Source: Octopus vulgaris
Lineage: Eukaryota
Direction: 5' to 3'
DNA: 64,000 bases
Assembly: GCA_951406725.2 (NCBI GenBank)
Contig: OX597818.1
Span: 134,974,001-135,038,000, forward strand
The notes beneath the pieces were generated by a model that saw only the letters and a program-made list of their open reading frames with translations, was not told where the DNA came from and did no database searches. The position numbers and the translations under genes are program-made. Shown here piece after piece: positions 13,157 through 25,522 of this stretch (the first letter of the stretch is position 1; every line of letters begins with the position of its first letter).

Positions 13157-13975
13157 TTTAAAACCTACAAAACCTTGTCATAAATAAGGCAGAATGTGTG
13201 TGTGTGTGATCAAAATGCTTTCTACAACGGAGACATGATAACTTGATATTGTTAAGAAATGTCACAACATCACTATTGCATATGCTAGGTTTAATCCTTG
13301 GTATTATAACAGATGTACAGAATATCACGGCACAAAATATGGTAAATGGTTTATTAGGAAATGTCACACTGTCTCAGACTTCAAAAACGAAATCTAATCC
13401 CCCTACCTCACTTTTTTTTTTTTTTTTAATATCATTATCTCAGAATATTATTTTCTAGTCTGGAATTAAAATTCTCTTAATACTTTACAGAACTGAAAAG
13501 TCCCCCCACCCACCCCCAAAAAAACAACATTATATACAGCTCTTCTAGTTGTTGCTTAACTCTAGGTCAGTTTTGATCCAGGAAGAATTATGCTCAAGGG
13601 CGTTCCAACCATGACCATCCCACCCTTTATTCATAGTGCATCCAAAACTACATGATTTAATGTTTTCTTCATTGCTGTAGTTGTTATTCGGTCCTTGGTT
13701 AACACAGACCAAATAAATCCATGATCAAAGACATCATGCCATAACCATTTCATCAATTTTCTTTGTTCACACATAGTGTATCTAGGACTGCATTATCTAA
13801 TGTGTCCCTCCATTTTTTTTAAAGCTGATATAGATTGATTTAAGGGAGATTTAAATACTATTTCTAGCAAATCAAATAACCACATGGAAATCCATTTATT
13901 ATTTCCTTTGGAAATAATGAAAATACAGAGAAAGAAATAATAAACAATAGAGAAGGTATGTAAATCAAAACTCAC

Positions 13976-14188
13976 AATTAGTTGTTGACGGGCTTGGTAG
14001 ACACTTTCAATGGGTCCAGTTATGTAAACAGTCCCCTTTCGTAAAGGGTTTACATTATTGGGATCAGGAAAGTAGACACTGGCCCCTGTCCGTTGCATTA
14101 TCTGTTTAATATTCACATCTCCACGACCAATCATGAATAAATGGTGCTGAGGAGCAATTTCCAACTGCATACTGACAGTTAAACTTAC
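13976..14188 (-). CDS. BicC: Bicaudal-C exon, KH domain with GRGD loop (VSLTVSMQLEIAPQHHLFMIGRGDVNIKQIMQRTGASVYFPD...QARQQLI), 213 nt
   Basis: ctttag|GTAAGT...CTAATT|gtgagt; overlaps ORF 13793..14170; phase 0 to 0. Confidence 0.94.
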
Positions 14189-14327
14189 CTAAAGGAGAAA
14201 TATAGAGACATAATAGAACAATCATCATTATCATCATCATCATCAACACTGCTATCATCACCATCAACACCACCACCACAATACTGTCACCATCATCATC
14301 CCCTCCACTAGTACTGCCATTACCCTT

Positions 14328-14621
14328 TGTTTGTTCCTTCTCAAGCCATGCCTGGCTCATAAGGGCCGGTTTCCCAGTTTCCTAGGCATGTAGGTTCCCC
14401 ACCTAGATGGGACGCCGGTCCATTGCAGGTGAGCTGCAAGATGCAGGAGGAAAGAGTGAGAGAAAGTTGTGGCGAAAGAGTCAGCAGAAGTTCGCCATTA
14501 CCTTCTGCCGGAGTCGCGTGGAGCTTAGGTGTTTCACCCATAAACACACACATTGCCCGGTCTGAGATTCGAACACGCGATACCTCGACTGCTGCTCTAA
14601 CCACTAGGCCATGTGCCTCCC
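14328..14621 (-). mobile_element. SINE family B-related, alternative 3' tail
   Basis: Head and body resemble family B; tail ...GGCATGGCTTGAGAAGGAACAAACAAA differs. Confidence 0.75.
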
Positions 14622-14957
14622 CCTCATTACCCTTACCACTATGGAAATAAATAGTACTAATCCATGATACCAGTAGTGATGTTAATGATCTATTTATTAC
14701 AGGGAATATTCGTAAGTTAATTAGAAGTAGTTCTGTAGTGAGGAAAAATATCAATTAATGATTACTATCATTTTAAAGATTTTGGCAGTCATAGTTAACA
14801 ATAGTCATGTTTCAGTGTTATTCTGATTCCCTCAGTGAAACAGATTTCACTGTATGCGCTAAAAAGCAGTGATGGAAGAATTACAAGGATGGTACATTGG
14901 TAGGTGTAAGAATATAGATTCATTTAGCGATGATTAGGCACTGAACAATTTATGATT

Positions 14958-15851
14958 ATTAACCTGACATATTAACCATCATGGTTATAGATCCAAAATA
15001 ACATTAACCATCACAGCCACACTGCCAACATACCATTAATTATTACAACCACACCTCCAAAAAGGCATTAATCCTCATGGCCACAGCACCAAAATGAGAT
15101 ATTGACCATCATGGTCACACCTCCAACATGATCTCTTAACCATCACAGCCATACACCAAAAAAATGACATAACCATTAAACTCACATCTCCAACATTGCA
15201 TTAACCATCAAAGTTAGACATCTAACATGACATATTAACCATCATACTTAGCCCTCCTACATGACACATTAACCATCAAAGTTAGACCTCCATGACATAT
15301 TAACCATCATACTTAGCCCTCCTACATGACACATTAACCATCAAAGTTAGACGTCCAACATGACATATTAACCATCATACTTAGCCCTCCTACATGACAC
15401 ATTAACCATCAAAGTTAGACCACTGACATGACATATTAACCATCATACTTAGCCCTCCTACATGACACATTAACCATCAAAGTTAGACCACCAACATGAC
15501 ATATTAACCATCATACTTAGCCCTCCTACATGACACATTAACCATCAAAGTTAGACCTCCATGACATTAACCATCATACTTAGCCCTCCTACATGACACA
15601 GTAACCATCAAAGTTAGACCTCCAACATGACATATTAACCATCATACTTAGCCCTCCTACATGACACACTAACCATCAAAGTTAGACGTCCAACATGACA
15701 TATTAACCATCATACTTAGCCCTCCTACATGACACATTAACCATCAAAGTTAGACGTCCAATATGACATATTAACCATCAAAGTTAGACGTCCATCATGA
15801 CATATTAACCATCATACTTAGCCCTCCTACATGACATATTAACCATCATAC
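14958..15851. repeat. Minisatellite: degenerate ~34-nt monomers grading into a homogeneous ~69-nt dimer
   Basis: ttaaccatcaaagttagac...atgacata alternating with ttaaccatcatacttagccctcctacatgacaca. Confidence 0.92.
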
Positions 15852-15889
15852 CTGCTCCTTCAAGATGATACAAAAGCTATTATACTCAC

Positions 15890-16123
15890 ACCTCCAACAT
15901 TATTCAACAAATGTTCCATGAGACGAGCTGTCGCTTCTTTCACCATTTTGGCATTATAGACAGAACCCCGCACTGTTATGATGGTCATGTATGACCGAGG
16001 CTTCTGCTTAAAGCTTATCGTTACATTGTAAACCTTCTGTAAATGCACCAGGTGAGAAGAGGCTGGGTCTGCTAATGAAGGTGATAATGACATTTCAAAT
16101 ATGAATACCAGAGGGAGCAAGTC
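15890..16123 (-). CDS. BicC: Bicaudal-C exon, KH-like domain (DLLPLVFIFE...HLLNNVGG), 234 nt
   Basis: ttgcag|GACTTG...GGAGGT|gtgagt; contained in ORF 15860..16147; phase 0 to 0. Confidence 0.93.
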
Positions 16124-16632
16124 CTGCAATAAAAAAGGAAAATACACAAATACAGAGACTTAAGGTAAATTTAAGGCACAAGGCTTCAACAAGTGAAGAG
16201 AAATAAACCCCATTATACCCAGGTACTTTATCTTATTGTCCCTGGTAGGAGGAAAAACAAAATCAACTGTAGCAGGATTTAAAATAAGATAGTAAGTAGC
16301 CGTAAATAAATATTAAAATGATAAACACATAGAAAACAATTTTTTAAATGTAAAAATGGTTTATTAAAATATTTCTTTCTCAACGGTAGTCTTCTATTCC
16401 AAGTGACATTCTCAGAATGATAATCTGGTGTCTCTAATGTTAGGTGAATTAATATGTTTAGTAAAATAATAACACTGCCCCAAAACACAATAGTAGTTTG
16501 GGAGTTAAGAGCCAAAACAAGGGTGCCCAATAAACAGAAATCTTTGATTTTTTTTATTTCTATTAAAAGATGGAGATGATAGATTATTTCTGTTCATTTA
16601 AATTATACATGACTTCATTCCTTTTAAAGACT

Positions 16633-17185
16633 AAGGTGACATCTGCCCATATAAAAGTAACAGGTGACATTCATCCATATAAAGGTGACAGATGACATTT
16701 GTCCATATAAAGGTGACAGATGACATTTGTCCATATGAAGGTAACAGGTGACATTTGTCCATATAAAGGTGACAGGTGACATTTGTCCATATAAAGAGGA
16801 CAGGTGACATTCGTCCATATAAAGGTGACAGGTGACATTTGTCCATATAAAGGGGACAGGTGACATTTGTCCATATAAAGGGGACAGGTGACATTTGTCC
16901 ATATAAAGGGGACAGGTGACATTCGTCCATATAAAGGGGACAGGTGACATTTGTCCATATAAAGGTGACAGGTGACATTTGTTCATATAAAGGGGACATG
17001 TGGGATCTGTCCATACAAAGGTGACAGGTGGCATCTGTCCATACAAAGGTGACAGGTGGCATCAGTCCATACAAAGGTCACAGGTGGTATCTGTCCATAC
17101 AAAGGTAACATGTGTCTATATAAAAGTGACAGGTGACACGTGTCTACATAAAAGTGACAGGTGACACATGGCAATTGTCCATATA
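16633..17185. repeat. Minisatellite, 28-nt unit, about 19 copies
   Basis: caggtgacatttgtccatataaagg(g/t)ga repeated. Confidence 0.95.
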
Positions 17186-17339
17186 AATTTATAGGCTAAA
17201 GAGACCCATCTATCCAGTAAAAAATGAGGCCAAGGACTGAATCAATTAACCAGTTAACTCATGAAGAAAGACAAAAAGTTAATTACAGTTAATTAATTAT
17301 AGTAAGTTAATTACAGTAGACAATATCATGTAACATTAC

Positions 17340-17393
17340 CCGAATTTGGATACGAGCACTTTCCACTCCAGATGGCTGGCCAGCAATAGAAAC
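17340..17393 (-). CDS. BicC: Bicaudal-C exon (VSIAGQPSGVESARIQIR), 54 nt
   Basis: ccttcag|GTTTCT...ATTCGG|gtaatg; phase 0 to 0. Confidence 0.95.
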
Positions 17394-18532
17394 CTGAAGG
17401 ATAAATAATTAAAAAGTAATTAATGGAATAATATATGGTAATGAGTTTGCATTGAGGCAGGTGTATATGCTATGTGTGCATGTGAGTGTATATGTGTGAA
17501 TGTATAAAAACATATATATATATATATATACACATACATACACACACGCATACAGACATACACACATATAGAGGGAGAAAGAAAGGAAATGAGAGGGAGA
17601 GAGGGAACATGTGAGTAGATGTGAGAGAAATAGAGACAAGACATGCGTCAGTGTATGTAAGCATGGGTGTACAGAATTTCTTTGGAACTATTTGTCATTG
17701 GAAGTAATATTTGCCATGTAAATTCAAAGAACAAAGATTCTTTTCAAAGTTTCAAAATGAAAATAGAACGTTTGTGAGTCACAGTTAAAGAGTTCTTCTA
17801 CTGAAACCCCAAACTGACCAAAGCCTTTTGAGTGGATTTGGTAAGTGGAAACTGAAAGATACATATCATTCATATATATGTATAAGTACATGCGCATGTG
17901 TGTCGGTATACAAATCATCATCATCATCATCATCATGGTTGGACAGTTTGACCGGGTCTGGGAAGCCAAGAGGCTGCACAAGGCTCCAGTCTGATCTGGC
18001 AGTGTTTCTACAGCTGGATGCCCTTCCTAACGCCAACCATTCTGTGAGTGTAGTGGGTGTTTTTTAAGTGCCACTGGCACAGGGGCCAGAGGAGACTGGA
18101 AACAGCCACGATCGGTTGGTGGTTTTATGTGCCACCAACATGGACGCCAGTCAAGCAGCGCTAGCATCTGTCACGTTCGGATGGTGTTTTTACGCGTCAC
18201 TGGCATGGGTATCTTAACTACAATTTCCATTTGATTTTTATTTTGATGTTGGTGTTGACGTACTTCACTCAATAGGTCTCCTCAAGAACAGCGGGTCACT
18301 CTACGATCCAAGGTTAGCACAGTAGGCCGTTCTGCGGCTGTCAAAAAACTTTCTGCAATTCAAGTGGCCCACAATGTAATTCGAGTTGGCCAGGCAAGGC
18401 TAACTCAACAAGTGAAATCAAAGTAGAAATCAGAGTAGAATTGCAGTGAATAATCAGCTATTCCTAAACAAATATAAACTCTACATCATGTATTAAGTAG
18501 TTTCTATCTTTCTGTAACCAAGAGTATATTAT

Positions 18533-18566
<34 letters not shown>

Positions 18567-19195
18567 TTACACACACACACACACACACATATTTGTATAG
18601 ATATACATATTTACATATTTAATTCAAAGAGAGTTAGAGGCTGTGAATCCAACTAACTAAAGGATAGTATCTATCCAATATACTACTGGTAGAATACCTA
18701 GTTAATACACAGGAGTTGGTTATTGCATGGCAATTACACTACTGAGTATAATAACTAGGTGAGGGTAATAAGTGGTTTTACCCTTCATTTATATGGCAAG
18801 AAGAAAATGGAGGGAATCCAGGGGTAGTATTCATCAGCTTTTAGACATTATATTATGTCTATTTATTTAATTAAAACAGTTCACATAATATATATAAATA
18901 CATGTATATATATATATATATATATCGAAACCGAATTGAACCAGCCAGGATCCCTGGTCTGGTGGTACGTAAAAAGCACTATCCGACTCGTGGCCGTGGC
19001 TTCCGTGCCGGTGGCACGTAAAATACTCCAATCCGACCGTACGACAGGCACCCATGCCAACCCCCTTTGCTCATGAAGACATGTTGGGGCAAGCGAAATC
19101 GAAATCGAATTGAACCAGCCAGGATCCCTGGTCTGGTAACATTTTATATATATCTATATATATATGTATATATATAAATATGTATATATCTATAT

Positions 19196-19449
19196 TTTTT
19201 TCTGTAGTTTCAGCTCAGAGTTGCGGCCATGCTGATGCACCACTGTTTTGCTACACTGTTATTACTGAGAGCCTCCTCCAATATGTTGCACTTAGTGAAG
19301 AATGGAGTTTGATATAGCCCCCTCATTTGCAACTTTTGCCTTGATGTAGGTTCATCTGGGACTCTCGGCGGGAAGAGGTCCAGCTTTAATTTAAAAATGC
19401 CTACATCTACTTTGTGGAAGTTCCTCAGGCTCTTTGGGAGAATATTCGA
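19196..19449 (-). mobile_element. CR1/L2-group LINE 3' end
   Basis: Minus frame NILPKSLRNFHKVDVGIFKLKLDLFPPRVPDEPTSRQ resembles a CR1-group ORF2 C-terminus; 3' UTR ends in a stem-loop and an A-rich tail. Confidence 0.7.
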
Positions 19450-19742
19450 GCGAGGTCATTGCCAGTGCCACTGGACTGGCTCCTGTGCAGGTGGCACATA
19501 AAAAACACCATTTGAGCATGGCTGTCGCCAGTACTGCCTGACTGGCCCTTGTACCGGTGGCACGTAAAAAGCACCCACTACACCCTTGGAGTGATTGGCA
19601 TTAGGAAGGACATCCAGCTGTAGAAACTCTGCCAGATCAGATTGGAGCCTGGTGCAGACCTCAGTCAAACCGTCCAACTCATGCCAGCATGGAAAGCGGA
19701 TGTTAAACGATGATATATATTTACATATATATATATATATGT

Positions 19743-20069
19743 AGGAGTGGTTGTGCGGTAAGTAGCTTGCTTACAAACCACATGGTTCTGAATTCATTCC
19801 CACTGCGTGGCACCTTGGACAAGTGTTTTCTACTATAGCCTCAGGCCGACCAAAGCCTTGTGAGTGGATTTGGTAGACGGAAACTGAAAGAAGCCTGTTG
19901 CATATATGTATATATATAAATGTATGTGCGTGCATGTGTTTGTGCGCCTGTGTTTGTCCCCCCAACATCGCTTGACAACCAATGCTGGGTATGTTTACGT
20001 CCCCGTAACTTAGCAGTTTGGCAAAAGAGACCGATAGAATAAGTACTAGGCATACAAAGAATAAGTCCT
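19743..20069 (+). mobile_element. SINE family A, 3'-truncated
   Basis: Head aggagtggttgtgcgg; stops at aagaataagtcct. Confidence 0.85.
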
Positions 20070-20859
20070 TTGTAAGTTGTTCGTAAGTATAGTTCATATG
20101 CTTACAACAGAGTCGTCCCCACTACATATACCCAAAGGTTGGGTGAATTAGATTCTCCACTCATTTTGTCATAACTGCAAACTACATGAAAATATGGTGC
20201 ATCTTCAATAATGGGTCTCTGTGGTTTACCATTCATTCCAGCATAGTCTGGAACTAAACTGTGAACACAGTGTATTCTGTGATAGAACTGTGGATTTCTC
20301 CAAATATTTGGTTAAGTAATTCATTGACATATGTCGGCCCAAAGAGAACTAACACTACTTTAATAAAATGATAAAATAATTTATTTGGCGAGTTAATCCT
20401 CCCAGCTGTTTCTAACTTGTCTATATTACACAACAATTTCTGTCTACACAACAGGTAAGGTCCTTAATGAATTTCAGATGACTATGAAAGATCTGCCTTG
20501 TAGATTGTGTGATTGTGTGTAGTTGTGACTGTGTGTGTGTATGTGTTTGTGTACCATCATTTCCCAAATAGCCTTGTATGAAGCTATTAATAATATTTCT
20601 AAATTCAACTGTTGACTGAAGTTTACTGTTTCTATGGCAACAAAAATATTTTTTTACCAACCTATGGTGATGTGAAAACTTTCTATTTTTAGCTGTGCTA
20701 AGCAAAAATAAACCTCCGCAGTCATATCTGCCTTACTTGATGTTACTCTTAGCATTTATGCACAAACGCATACATAAATATGCACAATGTGTTTATAAAA
20801 CAAATGCGTGTAGATTTACATGCATATATTTAATAAACACACACACACACAACATATAT

Positions 20860-21038
20860 CTATATAAGTACATGTATATGTGAATATATATATTTATGTA
20901 TATATACATATATGTATAAATATATATATATATATATATAAATATATCTATATGTATATATATATGTATAAATATATATGTATCTATCTATCTATATATA
21001 TATATATATATATATATAAATATATATGTATCTATCTA

Positions 21039-21117
<79 letters not shown>

Positions 21118-21124
21118 CTATCTA

Positions 21125-21165
<41 letters not shown>

Positions 21166-21228
21166 CTATCTATCTATATATATATAAATATATATGTATC
21201 TATCTATCTATCTATATATATATATATA
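20860..21228. repeat. (TA)n / (TATC)n compound microsatellite
   Basis: Direct inspection. Confidence 0.95.
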
Positions 21229-21302
21229 AAAATGCATTCCCGCAAGGAAATAGGTGAAGAAAAAGTTCTTTCTAAGACAGAAGGGTGCAAGAGAATATAT
21301 AT

Positions 21303-21707
21303 TCTTTTATTCTTTTACTTGTTTCAGTCATTTGACTGCGGCCATGCTGGAGCACCGCCTTTAGTCGAGCAAATCGACCCCGGGACTTATTCTTTGTAAG
21401 CCCAGTACTTATTCTATCGGTCTCTTTTGCCGAACCTCTAAGTTACGGGAACGTAAACACACCAGCATCGGTTGTCAAGCAATGCTAGGGGGACAAACAC
21501 AGACACACAAACACATATATATATATACATATATACATATATACGACAGGCTTCTTTCAGTTTCCATCTACCAAATCCACTCACAAGGCATTGGTCGGCC
21601 CGGGGCTATAGCAGAAGACACTTGCCCAAGGTGCCACGCAGTGGGACTGAACCTGCAACCATGTGGTTGGTTAGCAAGCTACTTACCACACAGCCACTCC
21701 TGCGCCT
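21303..21707 (-). mobile_element. SINE family A
   Basis: Full-length match to family consensus. Confidence 0.9.
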
Positions 21708-22443
21708 ATGTCTCTAGTCTTAATAAAACTCAGTAGCTTGATATACAACACAGCTTCCTATAGTACCATACCTTACATAATGCCACTGTTTGTTAGAGGG
21801 TACAGATGGAAGTGATGCTTCCATGAGGCTCACTATCAGATACAGCATATCTACCTATCAAGAACTTGGAAACACTGGACTTTGTAGTTCACCCAGATTA
21901 ATTTATCGAACTGAAATATGACTTATAAATAATCAGAAAATGGAGAGGCAAGAGTTATTCTACTAGCAATACATTGAATAAAAGTCATCCATGTTTTAAC
22001 CCTTTGCCTGTCCAAAGCATTTTCATAAGTTTATCCTAAATATTCATATTTGTTTCCAGACTTTTAATTAGCCCTAGTTTTATATACTCTGAGTAATAAA
22101 AAGCTTTCCTTTCATAAGTCCCAACTTACTCTTGTGGTTGGAAAAAATTGGGCTGTGTATCATATATGATGTATGGACACCAGGGAAATATGCCTTGTGT
22201 ATCCCATGTGATACACAGGACAAGCAAAGGGTAAATATAACATCAGTGAACTACATAAAGTACAATATATCATCAAACACAGAACAGAGCTATAAATATT
22301 TACAACTGTAACAAATATAGTAAAACAGAAAAAAAAGTTTCCAAGTAAGTTAGATTCTCTTTGGAACATTAATATAAAACAGTGCAATGGGAATGATAAT
22401 CAAGTATGATCAAAGAGAATGTGAAGAATTAAAGACAACTCAC

Positions 22444-22605
22444 CTGGTTGCTTTTTTCTTGGACATTGTTGCCACGATTAGAATCTGGGAAATGGATATG
22501 GCAGCCTGTTCCTTGCATGACTTTCTTGATGTTGTTACCACCTTTTCCAATGACATGCGAGTGGTCAGTGTGAGAGACATCCATTTTCAGTGTAACCCGA
22601 TTACC
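22444..22605 (-). CDS. BicC: Bicaudal-C exon, canonical KH domain with GKGG loop (GNRVTLKMDVSHTDHSHVIGKGGNNIKKVMQGTGCHIHFPDSNRGNNVQEKSNQ), 162 nt
   Basis: ctccag|GGTAAT...AACCAG|gtgagt; GxxG at 22537-22548; closely matches the vertebrate Bicc1 KH sequence as I recall it. Confidence 0.97.
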
Positions 22606-22850
22606 CTGGAGTGTGAAATGACAAACAATATAATTCAGTTACCCGTTCTGTTGAAATACAATACCTTTGTTTCAATTAATTTTGAAAATAATGAAAGATT
22701 TAAGTAAATAACTTTATTATAAAGTTGGTGTTTGGAACAAATTAACCTGAAATTTTGATGGAAGATTTTAATTTAGATCAATTTAAAATTGGAAGTTTGT
22801 GTCATAGAACCAGAAGTGGTCTCAACAATTTGATATCAAAAGGTGAAATG

Positions 22851-23162
22851 GTGAAGGTACATGGCTTGGGCTCACAATCATGAGGTAATGAGTTCGATTC
22901 CTGGACAGGGCTGTGTGGTGTGTTCTTGAGCAAGACACTTATTTTCATGTTGCTCCAGTTCACTCACCTGTAGAAATGAGTTGTGCCAAGTTGTATTGGC
23001 CTTTGCCTTTCCCTTGGATAACATTGGTGGCATTGAGACAGGAGACTAGTATGCATGGACGACTGTTGGTCTTCCATAAACAACCATGCCCAGACTTGTG
23101 CCTTGGAGGGGAACTTTCTAGGGGCAATCCCATGGTCATTCATGACCAAGGGGAGGGGGTCT
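22851..23162 (+). mobile_element. CORE-type SINE (family E)
   Basis: Reverse-complement match to 7677-8020. Confidence 0.75.
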
Positions 23163-23219
23163 AAACCCTAATGTGAAATGAAAAAAAAAAGTTTCTTTTT
23201 TTATGTGCTGGGTCAGGAG

Positions 23220-23900
23220 GAAGGGACAGTACCGATAGTCTTTTAAGGCCATCCTAGACTAGCGAGATTGGTATCATTAATATTTCTCTTGAATTTTTGT
23301 AAACCAACACCTACAAGAAAGCTATAAGCAAGGAGGAAATTACAGAGAGCTAATGCTGTAGAAAGGACCGACTAGGCAGAGTAATTAGTGTGCAGGGCCA
23401 GGAAAGGATTTGGACACAAAGGTGATGAGAGGAGGAGAGACAAGTGGGGTGAGAATGCCTGAGTGGAGGTGCTTTGGGCTAAGTCAACTCAGAGGAGTCT
23501 AGGCCATCATAGTAGGAGTTGAAAAGGCAGAGAGAAGAAATATAACAGTCTATGGCACATAGGCTGGAGTATGTTTGTGAATGACTTAATATCAATCAGT
23601 GGATAGTGGCCCAGGATGTCTATGAGTAGCAGCATTGTGCCAGACATGATAGAAATACTACATTGTAAGCCACAACTGTGCTTTGTAGAGTATTCATTAA
23701 TTATTGGAGGCTAGAGTAGCTTCTGGTCCTGAAGCGAAGGACCAGTCATTAGGACATAGTCCTAGATTTGTTAAGAATGCACTTTTACAAGGTGAGATTG
23801 TCAGTGATAGTGAAAGGGCTGTAACTGAGTGCTGCTTATTAAGAGAGTTTCAGACAACGATGTTTTCATAACATGAGTAGCATTTCTGTTTTGTTGCTGG
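23220..23900 (-). mobile_element. Heavily decayed CR1-like LINE ORF2 fragment
   Basis: Minus-strand remnants LYKAQ..M*Y..HVW and LQPMCHR..SLCLFNSYYDG..SSEL match the post-RT region of CR1-clade ORF2; boundaries approximate. Confidence 0.6.
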
Positions 23901-25265
23901 ATCTAGCTTTATGGACCCTTACTGGTGGTCATTGCGGTTAATAAGAGCAGTATAATGCAGTGATACATCATCATCATCATCATCGTTTAGCGTCCGTTTT
24001 CCGCGCTAGCACGGGTTGGACGGTTCGACCAGGGTCTGGGAAGCCAGGGCTGCACCAGGCTCCAGTCTGATCTGGCAGTGTTTCTACGGGTGGATGCCCT
24101 TCCTAACGCCAACCACTCCGCAAGTGTAGTGGGTGCTTTTTACATGCCACCTGCACAGGTGCCAGGGGCGTCTGGCATCGGCGACGATCGGTTGGTGCTT
24201 TTAACGTGCCACTGGCATGGAAGCCAGCCATGGCGGCGCTGGCATCGGCAATATTAAATGACAAACTGTGTGAGACACAGTTACCTCATGATGTAATGAT
24301 TACACAATATGATATGGTTACTCTGATAACTGTTCTATTGAAGACAATATAACACAGTTAACCAGAGGCTGCAGCACAAAAAAACAAGAAAAGATAACTC
24401 AAAACTAAAAGTAATTTTTAAATTTTCTTCTGAAATTTCTGTGATAGTCCTTTTCTGAAATCAATACTAGACACAGACTTAGCTATGGGCTGAAGCATGG
24501 CTGTGTGGTGAAGATGGTTGCTTTGCAACCACTTAGTTCCAGGTAGAATTCCACTGCACAATACTGCAGTCCCGTAAATGTGTGGAGACCCATTATGCAT
24601 CATACTCATCATCATCATCATCATTTAATGTCCATCTTCCATGATGGTATGGGTTAGACATTGCATGTATGTATGTATGTATGCATACATGTTTGTGTGT
24701 GTGTGTGTGTGTGTGAGTGAGTGAGTGTGATCTCACTATTTCTCTTCAAACAGAACTAAATAGCGGTATTGACATATATAATGTGTAAGTATGTCTTTCT
24801 CCAATATATATAAGTGAAGAATGTGGATGTAAACATTAACAAGAGCACTAATAAACCAGTGATTTCAAACAAAGTTCTTGGTAATATGTTCTGTCCACAG
24901 ACAATCTGCGCAGTCAATTTCCTATCACTTTTACTATCTTGAATGTCATGAACCAATAGTTTAATTTTACAAACTGTGAAATAAAACAAATATTAAAAAA
25001 ACAAAAACAAAAAAAAAACAAAACAAATTAAAACATGTGAACCAGTTGAAGGAATTTGAGAGACCTAGGGTGAGTATTTGATGTTCATTTACCAACACTG
25101 AATTGAACATGGAACTTACCACATAACAGTTCATTTTTGCCAAGTATGAAACCTAGATATACTAGATGAATTCAAATTCTTCAATCTGCTTGGCTTACGA
25201 GAGTCACTATGGTTAATTTAGAGATGCCAGGGATGTGAAGATGTTACATATTGGAGTCAAACAGC

Positions 25266-25483
25266 TCTTTTACTCTTTTATTCTTTTACTTGTTTCAGTC
25301 ATTTTGACTGCGGCCATGCTGGAGCACCGCCTTTAGTCGAGCAAATTGACCCCGGGACTTATTCTTTGTAAGCCCAGTACTTATTCTATCGGTCTTTTTG
25401 CCGAACCGCTAAGTGACGGGGACGTAAACACACCAGCATCGGTTGTCAAGCAATGCTAGGGGGACAAACACACACACACACAA

Positions 25484-25522
<39 letters not shown>

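Noticed and set aside
14958-15851. Repeat-spacer-like pattern resembling a CRISPR array
   Set aside because: The spacers are themselves repeated, the context is a eukaryotic intron, and there are no cas genes
16624-17174. ORFs with MDKCHLSPLYGQMSPV repeats
   Set aside because: Product of the 28-nt minisatellite; the same peptide cycles through all three frames
18790-18845. CTGATGA on the minus strand as a second hammerhead
   Set aside because: No GAAA after a plausible stem II; the region is a dispersed repeat fragment also seen near 49625-49700
22387-22707. Plus-strand 106-aa ORF
   Set aside because: Antisense shadow of the BicC KH exon
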